Of a DNA stretch of 64,000 bases, positions 40,564 to 48,679 are shown piece after piece (position 1 is the first letter of the stretch; each line of letters opens with the position of its first letter). Source of the DNA: a virus; IMG/VR virus record IMGVR_UViG_3300032246_003079. One strand, 5' to 3'. Position numbers and translations under genes: made by a program. A model generated the notes under the pieces. The model was not told the DNA's origin, made no database searches, and worked only from the letters and a program-made list of their open reading frames with translations.

Positions 40564-42199
40564 TTAAAACTTTAATATATTCTTCTTTTATTTTTTTCGC
40601 CACTTCAATTGAGTCAAATTTACTAACATCTGTCGGTGGTGTATGTAATTTTTTATCTAAAATATAACCACTACTTTCAACATTGTAAATCCACCCAGGT
40701 TTATTACACATCCAACCTTCAATAGTTGTTCTTCCCAAAAGAATACCTGCAGTTTCAGAACAGTTTTTAACATACTGTTCAACTTTACTTGTCGCGTTAA
40801 AATGTTTTACGTGTGGATTTTTTAATAAATCATCCAAGTAATTTGATTTATTTTCACCAACTAACCATAATTCTTTATTAATTTCAGAGGAGTATGTAAC
40901 TAAATCTTTTATTGTATTTTCTCTTAAATAATCAATTGTCCCAACAAACAAAACGTAATTATCATTTTTAATATTATTTGAATTGAATCTTTTTGTGTCG
41001 ATTGGATTATAAATTACTTCAGTATTATTTTTATCGATATTAAATTTTTCGACAATATGGTTTTGTATCTCAGGACGAATGCAAATATATTTTTTAATTG
41101 AATCGTTAATAATTGGATTTTCTAATTCTATGACTTCAGAATGTATTGTTGATATTTTTGAAATATTAGGATACATCTGACACATTTGATTTGAAACGGG
41201 AGTGTGTTGAGTATGGATTATATCATAATTAACATCACCAATTTTGTACATTACATTTGGTTGTGTTGGTTGAAATCCTTGTGGTGTGTTAAATCCCCAC
41301 TTTCCATCTCCCATTTTGTAACCAGGAGCATCTTGAAATGAAACTACTTTGATTCCTTGTTGTTTTGCTAATTGAGATAAGGGTCCATTAATGTCTGAAA
41401 GTACCGTAACATCACAATTTAACTTTTTTAATCCTCTTGCTAATTCATAAACATACATTTCTGAACCTGTAAAAGTTTTAAAAAATAAACAAGACAATAA
41501 AACTTTTAAAGGTGAATCGATTGTAAGATTTCGTTTGATTTTAACGGGTAAAACATCTTTGAATTTTTCTGCAAACTCTTCTCTATTTTTTTCCCATTGT
41601 TCATTAGTCATTCCGATTGATTTATGCGTGACTCTAACATCATACATAACACCTATTTTAACATCTTCTAAATAATTTCTAAAAGAAAAATCTACATCGT
41701 AAAAGTGAAACCCTTTAACTTCTTCGTTAAAGTTGTGTTTAATATTTTTTTTATTAATTGCCATAAATAATCCATCTACCAACAATACGTCATCTAACTG
41801 ATTACCCTTACTTGTTGAATATTTTGACTCCCATTTTTTTCCTTCATGTTCATGATTAACAATTCCTTTAAGTTTTGAAAAATCTTCCCACCATTTACCA
41901 GAAGAAGGTAATGATGTTGAGCCCGCAACTCCAAGAATGCCGTAGTCAGAATTTCTTTTAAAATAATTCAAAACCTTTGATGCCCAATTCTTACTGTCAA
42001 AATAAATGTCGTGATGCATAAATACAACTATATCATATTTTGATTCTTTTAAACCTTTATTATAAATCTCGGTTAAAGAATATTCTCCGTTATTTTTATA
42101 TCCTAAAAATTCAATTTTATTATGTAAACCACTATTTTTAGTAGTTTCTTTTTTAAAATTTTCTAAATCGTATTGAGATGAGCAAACTACACTTATCAT
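40556..42199 (-). CDS. Bifunctional glycosyltransferase (GT2-like + GT4-like)
   Basis: YNKG..FMHHDI..DGLF..FHFYD N-half; TGSEMY..IYNPID..GRT.IE C-half. Confidence 0.85.
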   Translation of the reverse strand: MISVVCSSQYDLENFKKETTKNSGLHNKIEFLGYKNNGEYSLTEIYNKGLKESKYDIVVFMHHDIYFDSKNWASKVLNYFKRNSDYGILGVAGSTSLPSSGKWWEDFSKLKGIVNHEHEGKKWESKYSTSKGNQLDDVLLVDGLFMAINKKNIKHNFNEEVKGFHFYDVDFSFRNYLEDVKIGVMYDVRVTHKSIGMTNEQWEKNREEFAEKFKDVLPVKIKRNLTIDSPLKVLLSCLFFKTFTGSEMYVYELARGLKKLNCDVTVLSDINGPLSQLAKQQGIKVVSFQDAPGYKMGDGKWGFNTPQGFQPTQPNVMYKIGDVNYDIIHTQHTPVSNQMCQMYPNISKISTIHSEVIELENPIINDSIKKYICIRPEIQNHIVEKFNIDKNNTEVIYNPIDTKRFNSNNIKNDNYVLFVGTIDYLRENTIKDLVTYSSEINKELWLVGENKSNYLDDLLKNPHVKHFNATSKVEQYVKNCSETAGILLGRTTIEGWMCNKPGWIYNVESSGYILDKKLHTPPTDVSKFDSIEVAKKIKEEYIKVLND

Positions 42200-43029
42200 A
42201 TTTTATTTTGTTTTTTTAACTGTCTCACTTTATTATAAACAGAACTTAATTTCTTACCTAATTGTTTAGAACACTCAACAGAGGTTATCTTACCATAATT
42301 TTCAATTAAGAAATTTTCATCTTTTTTTGACCAAAATTTAATTGATTTTTCATTTATGTAATTAACTATGTCAATGTATTTTTTATATTTTCTACTAAAC
42401 CCAATGTTATCATAATCACAATATATGTAATCACATAATATTTTAACATCGTTTTTTTTATTAACTCTAAAATGTGAATACCCACCCATTTTAACAACCC
42501 AATTATTAATTATAAAATTAATGTTTAATTTGTTGCACAAATCAATCATAAAAGACCAATCTTGATTATATGGACCAGCAAAAACAACATCTATTCCATA
42601 TTTTTTACCTAATTTAATACATCCGTCACCATCTAAATACCCGCGAAACCAATGTTTTTTTAAGTCTTCAGGTATTGAGTGTAAAATTTTATTAGGGGAT
42701 GAATTTGATTTATTAGTATAATCGTTTTTTTTTAATATTTCAAATAACCCCCAAGTTGACGTTGATATTTTTTTTTGGTTTTTAACTTGTTTACCTTTAT
42801 GTGTTTTAATTATAGGTTTACTTATATTCCAATGACCCGTCTTTAAAAAAATATTAATAACGTCGTTTATGTCCGATTCGCTACAATTTATAGAAGTTAA
42901 CTTATGTTCTTCCCTAATATGACCATCTGCCCATAAAAGACCTAAGATATATGACGATTCTTTATTAAATTTATTTTCAAATAATGAAACATCCACCTTT
43001 TTTTTATTTTTATTTTCACCTTTATTCAT
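42196..43029 (-). mobile_element. Free-standing LAGLIDADG homing endonuclease with C-terminal HTH
   Basis: YILGLLWADG and FRGYLDGDG motifs; WS..D..FL C-terminal helix bundle. Confidence 0.88.
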
Positions 43030-43094
43030 CTTGTTATATTTTTACATAATGTTATTTAAATATAAATATATGATAAAACAAAAAAGGATTTAAT

Positions 43095-43697
43095 TTAAAA
43101 CAAATTCGTACTTCCAAATCCATTATCATTTCGGTCTTTTGAACCTAAATTTGAAATTTGTGTTAAATTAACCCATTTACCACTAACAACAGGACAAAGA
43201 ACCGCTTGGGCGATTTTTTGACCTTTTTCAATTTTAACTTTTTCTTGAGTGGTGTTAAATAAAATAACTTGTATTTCACCTAAGTACCCACTATCAACCG
43301 TGCCGGGTGAATTTAAAACAAATAATCCTTGATTTAATGCTAAACCACTTTTAGACCTTACTTGTATTTCATAACCATCGGGAATATCAAATTTCAAACC
43401 TGTGGGTATTAAAACTCTTGAATTTGGAAAAACGCATTTTTCTTCTGACGCCCTTAAATCAAACCCTGAATCACTTTTATATGCGTATTCAGGGTTTTGG
43501 TTCTCACTATTATTTACAAACTTTAAATCAACTGCAGATGTAAATTGGCCTTCAAAATGTTCATTAATTTCATCAACATTAAGTCCCATGGATTTTAACA
43601 TACTTTCAGGATTAGTCATGTCAACATCACCAAATTGAGATTGAAGCTCCTTTAAAGCTTTCATGCTATTTTTTAAATCTTTTATATTTTCAAACAT
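43095..43697 (-). CDS. dut: Trimeric dUTPase with N-terminal extension
   Basis: SGFDL, RSKSGL, GTVDSGY.GEI, KIAQ, RNDNGFGST. Confidence 0.93.
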   Translation of the reverse strand: MFENIKDLKNSMKALKELQSQFGDVDMTNPESMLKSMGLNVDEINEHFEGQFTSAVDLKFVNNSENQNPEYAYKSDSGFDLRASEEKCVFPNSRVLIPTGLKFDIPDGYEIQVRSKSGLALNQGLFVLNSPGTVDSGYLGEIQVILFNTTQEKVKIEKGQKIAQAVLCPVVSGKWVNLTQISNLGSKDRNDNGFGSTNLF

Positions 43698-44425
43698 TAT
43701 TTTAAACTTTTTAATTTTTTTATTGATTCAATCAAAACATCAACATCTTTTTCACAGTATTTTGCAATTTCATCAAGTCTACTCTGATTCCAATATGCCT
43801 GATGAACCATACCTCCATTTATTTCACCATCTTTTGGTGTTGGAATATCTAAACAAGAACACATTAAATCTAAAGAACCAATTGAACTATACGAACCATA
43901 TTGCCAAATTTCTTTGGTGTCAATCGCTTTCACTTCCCATGGTTTGGTGTCGTATGACGGAAGTATTTTTGATGGCATAATATTGTTAATAATCATACGT
44001 TTTGCCAACATAGGAATATCAAAGTTTTTTAAATTATGTCCACACAAATAAAAATCTAATTTGTGACAACGGTCTAATAAATTTCTAACTTCCAATAGCA
44101 AATCCTCTTCGTTGTCATTTTTAAAAGTTTGTTTTTTTACATCACCGTTTTCTAAAACAAATGCCATTGATACACAAACAATTTTAGCAAACTCTGGAAC
44201 AAGTGCCGCTCTTGAAGAATAAACATCATTCATTTTTTGAAGTTCTTCTTCAAGACCATTTGTCTCAACGTCATCTTCAGGAAATCGTTTTAAAAACCAA
44301 TCAAAGTATTTAACAAATTGTTCAGCAATTTTAGGGTGATTTTCTTGACAAGTCCGCCAATCCTTACATATACCAACAGTTTCAATGTCGATAAATAAAA
44401 TTTTGTTAATAGGTATGTTTATCAT
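43697..44425 (-). CDS. PolB-type 3'-5' exonuclease (stand-alone)
   Basis: IDIET, GHNLKNFD, YCEKDV (Exo I/II/III). Confidence 0.88.
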   Translation of the reverse strand: MINIPINKILFIDIETVGICKDWRTCQENHPKIAEQFVKYFDWFLKRFPEDDVETNGLEEELQKMNDVYSSRAALVPEFAKIVCVSMAFVLENGDVKKQTFKNDNEEDLLLEVRNLLDRCHKLDFYLCGHNLKNFDIPMLAKRMIINNIMPSKILPSYDTKPWEVKAIDTKEIWQYGSYSSIGSLDLMCSCLDIPTPKDGEINGGMVHQAYWNQSRLDEIAKYCEKDVDVLIESIKKLKSLK

Positions 44426-45682
44426 TTTATTAAAGATTTATAAAGTTCCGCTCTATTTTTTGTGACCACATTCAAATCATATGTGTCTTTCACCGTTTCA
44501 TACAATCGTTGTCCCAAGTCATAAGCAAAGTTAGGATTATCAATTAATTTTTTCATGTTTTTAGCCCAATCACTATGATTTTTTACTTCATCTACTAAAA
44601 GTGCGTTTCCGTCAGAGAATTGACCATTTTTTAATGCGTGTTTTAAATCAATAGTGTAGGGACCAACATTTGAAGCAATAATTGCTTTTTTGTAAAAACC
44701 AGCTTCAATAACTTTTAATTGCGACTTAACTCGGTTAAAAATATGATTTACAATCGGTGATAATGAAACGTCAAATAATCTATAATTTGAAGCATAACTT
44801 GTAACAGGTTTTGTCCAAACTCGATTGTAAAAAGGTTCAGACTCCATAATATATTCTGAATCCTCAAATTTTTTCAAATATTCAATATGTTGGGGGGAAA
44901 CCATTTTATAATTGTCAGTAAAAATTTCTTCATAACGAGCCCATACGGTTTCTTCTGGTCGTATTGGTCTTTGTTTTTGTTCTCCCGTTTCTTTATTAAT
45001 TTCAGTAACACTTCCTCTTGTATCAAAACCACATAAATACAATGAAAATTTGTCATGACTATCTTTTAATTTATTCGTAACGCCGCTTAACAATTTTAAA
45101 TCGTGTAAGTGAGAAGAACCACCCAACCATCCAAAACGAAGTTTATCTGACGGTTTTGTTTCATGGTTAAATTGAGCTTCTTTTGGATTAATTGCATTTG
45201 GAAGAACGTATACGTTTTTATTAATTTTAGATATTTCTGAAGCAAATAAAGATGTTGTTGTTGTTACATGTGCCGCCACTTTTAGATTTGCAACTATCTT
45301 TTGATTTATTTTGTTCTGTATGATTAGTTGATGAATTGGGTGCTCTTTAGTTGGCAACCAATAATCATCTAAATCCATAATTGTAATTACACCAATAGAA
45401 TTTAATGTTTGAATTAATTTATTGGATTGGTCAAAATCTTGACCAATTGACCTATGGAAATGTACAATGTCGTATTGTTTCCAATAGTTATAATCATTAA
45501 TTTTTGGGTCATAATCTATATCTATGTGAAATTCATCTGAGTGATTATTTTGTAACATTACGTGGGGGTCTACAGACCTAAATTTTCCTTTAAATTCAGC
45601 CAACTCCAGTACGGTCGCTAGGGACGCATAGAACCCTAATTTTTTTGCGAACGTCTGGAGTTGGATTGCTCTCTTGATTCAT
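44422..45682 (-). CDS. GT-B glycosyltransferase encoded in two frames: 45682-45599 (28 aa) and 45585-44422, separated by a 13-nt coding gap
   Basis: Segment 1 MNQ..KIRVLCVPSDRTGVG* joins segment 2 KFRSVDPH...; body has MDLDDYW, GWLGGSSH..DL, FNRVKSQLKVIEAG. Confidence 0.75.
45600..45664 (-). other. GC-rich 22-bp mRNA stem-loop ending at the putative take-off codon
   Basis: CCAACTCCAG/CTGGAGTTGG, ACG/CGT, TCGC/GCGA, TAGGG/CCCTA; 33 of 65 nt are G+C. Confidence 0.8.
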
Positions 45683-46037
45683 GTTTTTTTATTAAGTTAT
45701 TTATTATTTGTGGGTTTGATTTCAATTCAGACTCCCACACCACTTCAAAAAAATAACCATTACTTTTTATTAAGTCAATTTTATTATTATCATATTCCCA
45801 TAATTCTTGTGCGGTTTTTTTCTTTACTTGGTGATAATAACTTGCGTCGTATTTTTTTGGGTTACAATGCCAATAATCTCCATTATATTCAATAATTAAA
45901 TTTAATTTAGGTATATATATGTCACATATTTTTGTGTCAATTTTTAATGAATGTTTTACTTGGTAACCCATATTTTTTATTTCTTCCAATATTTCTTTCT
46001 CTTTTTTAGACCTATTAATTGATTTTATTTTTCCCAT
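45636..46037 (-). mobile_element. Free-standing Vsr/DUF559-like (EDxHD) endonuclease
   Basis: SK.E, D.YIP, IIEYNGDYWH, D..K, GY....VWE motifs. Confidence 0.8.
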
Positions 46038-46076
46038 AATATGATTAATAGTCCCGACCTATCAAAAGGTAATAAA

Positions 46077-46105
46077 ATAAAAAATCCACCTAAAATAGGT
46101 GGATT
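46077..46105 (-). terminator. Rho-independent terminator upstream of the endonuclease
   Basis: Minus strand AATCCACCTA-TTT-TAGGTGGATT plus T tract. Confidence 0.8.
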
Positions 46106-46128
46106 GCATTTTTTGATTTTATTTAAGG

Positions 46129-46764
46129 TTATTTTACTTTTTGAATTTTTGTAACTCTACCTAAAAATATGTGCTTACCAACTTTAAATTGGATTGATTC
46201 GTTAGCATCTTCAGATGATTCACTAATGACACCCGCATCTTGTAATTCTTCTCTAATAACATCTCTTACAACATCTCTTACCACATCTCTAATTATTGTT
46301 TTCATTTCATTCATGTTGAATTGTGATTGTGTGTTTTGAGTTGTTGTTTTGGTGTTTGATTTTGGTAATGATTCGGATGGTTGTGAGTTTTTATTCTCCA
46401 TCTTCATTAGTCTTTGAGCCCCCTCGATTATATCATCAGATATAGACGCACTTGACATAGTATTAGGTTGTACAATAGGTCTTTCAATCATTAATTTTTT
46501 AATTTCATCTGGTAGTTTTGAATTTAAAATTTTTGATTCTTCAATCGGTTTTGTTGGGTCGTAATTTGATTTTTGACTTGTCGACGGACTTTCAGACAAA
46601 AATTCTTGAGGTAAATTATACGTTGCTTGAGGAGTATTAAAACTCTCTAACATTGGTGCTGCATTAATATTTTGTGGAATTTCACCTCTTTTTATTGTGC
46701 TCTGTCTGTCCATAATTTTTTTGGACACGGCCAATCTTTGCATTAATTCTTCTGCTGATGACAT
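46129..46764 (-). CDS. Hypothetical protein
   Basis: 211-aa ORF with (RDVV)n repeat ending VIREEL. Confidence 0.7.
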   Translation of the reverse strand: MSSAEELMQRLAVSKKIMDRQSTIKRGEIPQNINAAPMLESFNTPQATYNLPQEFLSESPSTSQKSNYDPTKPIEESKILNSKLPDEIKKLMIERPIVQPNTMSSASISDDIIEGAQRLMKMENKNSQPSESLPKSNTKTTTQNTQSQFNMNEMKTIIRDVVRDVVRDVIREELQDAGVISESSEDANESIQFKVGKHIFLGRVTKIQKVK

Positions 46765-46777
46765 ATTTTTTTATTTT

Positions 46778-47167
46778 TTATTCATTATCAAATTTAGCGT
46801 TAACTAAAACTCTAATCATTGATTTATCACCTTGTGGATTATAGTTAGGTCTAACTTCATCAAAGTTATCAAAGGAGGGTTTATATGTAAAGATTTTATC
46901 TACTCTAAATAATCTCCAACCTGGTAAAACATTACCTTTATTTTGTGCACTGTAGGAAGCACCTTCTCTTTCCCACGCTCTTAAAACCATATTATCTCTT
47001 TTTGAAAATCCTAAACACACAGGCTCTATTGTTCTATATCCTTTACCACCATTATCATTACCATCATAGTAAATTGTTACCACGTTTCTTTTTTTAATAG
47101 AATCCGTCATGTCAGAAATCGCAGCAATTTCTGTAATCAATTCACTAAGATTGTTGACTAATTTCAT
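46778..47167 (-). CDS. WYL-domain protein
   Basis: I.Y...RTIEP..LG...LRAW...GWRLFRVDKI. Confidence 0.75.
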   Translation of the reverse strand: MKLVNNLSELITEIAAISDMTDSIKKRNVVTIYYDGNDNGGKGYRTIEPVCLGFSKRDNMVLRAWEREGASYSAQNKGNVLPGWRLFRVDKIFTYKPSFDNFDEVRPNYNPQGDKSMIRVLVNAKFDNE

Positions 47168-47457
47168 TGTGGAACGTAATAAGGATTTTTTTCTGAAAAT
47201 TTATTACTTTTCAAATCGTCTTTTCTTTCAAATCTATCAAGTGCTGTTCCTGCATTTTGATTGTATATATCTAAATCACCACCAGTACCTCTACCTTTAC
47301 CGTCACCATCTGCTAATGCTGCAGGATTAACGCTTGAATAAGGATTAACTTCCTTGAAATCATTACGAGCAAACATTTTTCTTCTTTGTTCTTCAGCAAT
47401 TTTTGACAATGTGTTGTCAGGTTGCGAAAAATCTAATTTATCTGATTGAACTGCCAT
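47164..47457 (-). CDS. Hypothetical protein
   Basis: 97-aa ORF coupled to neighbours. Confidence 0.65.
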   Translation of the reverse strand: MAVQSDKLDFSQPDNTLSKIAEEQRRKMFARNDFKEVNPYSSVNPAALADGDGKGRGTGGDLDIYNQNAGTALDRFERKDDLKSNKFSEKNPYYVPQ

Positions 47458-47921
47458 TACAATATTTTTTTAATTAAATCGTTTATTTTTTTAACTTCTT
47501 CTTTTATTGATGTATCAAATTTATTTCCCCCCTTTTCATGTCTTTTACTTGGTATTAAATTAATGCCATTTTTTTCATGAGTGTCGTTAAACTGGTTTTG
47601 CATTCCCGTATCACTTTTAACTTTTTTTCCACTTTCAACACTGTTTCTCCATGTTTTTAAAACCTCATCACACCAAGATTTCATTCTATCGCCACCGTTT
47701 AAAATAAAAGGGGCATCTTTTTTATTTCCGTTGTAACCGTCAAACCAATTTTTTATTCTTTTTATTTGTTGGTATGTTGCAACTTTTTTTTCACGCAATT
47801 CTTTATTTCTATTATACCCTTCAGTTCCTTCGTCACCATCTGTCGAACTAAAACATTGTTCTAAATGTTTTAACAATGTATCGGGTACAACTGCCTTTCT
47901 ATCGTATAATGAACTATTCAT
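47457..47921 (-). CDS. Hypothetical protein
   Basis: 154-aa ORF; C-term IKEEVKKINDLIKK. Confidence 0.7.
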   Translation of the reverse strand: MNSSLYDRKAVVPDTLLKHLEQCFSSTDGDEGTEGYNRNKELREKKVATYQQIKRIKNWFDGYNGNKKDAPFILNGGDRMKSWCDEVLKTWRNSVESGKKVKSDTGMQNQFNDTHEKNGINLIPSKRHEKGGNKFDTSIKEEVKKINDLIKKIL

Positions 47922-48630
47922 CTTTTAACATATAAATTAATTCTTGAAGAGAAATGTTGTTGTCATTTGCCATTTTTTTAAGGGCTTTTACATTTTTTTT
48001 AATTAAATCACCAATGACACCATCGTCAGATTTTCTTGATTTGTCTAATAAAATTTCCTCATCTAATTCCAATTCTTTTAGTATTTCTCTATCTATAAAC
48101 CCTTTTTTCTTTTTTATTTGTGGAGGTGTTTTTTTATCTAACCCTTTTTTCTTTCCTTGGTCTAATGTTCTTACTTTTGCGTTTTGTGGTTTTAACTTTA
48201 ATTCTTTTTTGAAAAATTTCTCTGTTTCTTTTGCATCCATAAATTTTGTGTCTTCGAAACCAAAAGCCTTCGACATGTCAATTTCTTTTACGTGACCTTC
48301 ACCATAATAACCATACCAACCCCTTAAAAGTGGGTCTCTTGGGTTTTTACTCATAGAAACAATTTTATCTGTAGTTGTCGGGTTGTTTTTTGTTCCTGTC
48401 GTTGCAGGATTCAAAATAGGTATAGAAGATGATTTCCAAGTTCCATCATCATCTACCAATTCTGTAACCTCACCATCTGAGTTTTTTGTTTTTTTTGTGA
48501 AAATTTCATGACTCTTACAAGGCATAAAAATCTTCTTACCTTTTTCTGTATGTTGGTGTGAACCTGTACATCCTAAAGTCTTAGCAACTCTTTCTGCTCT
48601 TTCTTTTGTAGAATATTTATAAGTTTTCAT
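47914..48630 (-). CDS. Hypothetical protein with N-terminal Cys/His putative metal-binding motif
   Basis: LGCTGSHQH......FMPCKSH. Confidence 0.7.
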   Translation of the reverse strand: MKTYKYSTKERAERVAKTLGCTGSHQHTEKGKKIFMPCKSHEIFTKKTKNSDGEVTELVDDDGTWKSSSIPILNPATTGTKNNPTTTDKIVSMSKNPRDPLLRGWYGYYGEGHVKEIDMSKAFGFEDTKFMDAKETEKFFKKELKLKPQNAKVRTLDQGKKKGLDKKTPPQIKKKKGFIDREILKELELDEEILLDKSRKSDDGVIGDLIKKNVKALKKMANDNNISLQELIYMLKDE

Positions 48631-48679
48631 TTAATACTTTTTATATAAATATCTTCTGTTAAAGTATTTATTAATAAAA

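Noticed and set aside
44422-45603. ORF-track start (TTG, MAEFKG...) for the glycosyltransferase
   Set aside because: It omits the first beta-strand and glycine loop, which are encoded just upstream in another frame. Re-initiation cannot be fully excluded.
45640-45646. +1 slippage at the A7 run as the recoding site
   Set aside because: It would replace RVLCVPSDRTGVG with LGFYASLATVLELAEF and lose the GT-like strand and loop.
45586-46070. Group I intron explanation for the GT interruption, including ATAGTCCCGAC near 46048
   Set aside because: The gap is only 13 nt, the endonuclease is upstream of segment 1 rather than inside the gap, and the S-like motif is on the non-coding strand with no recognisable core.
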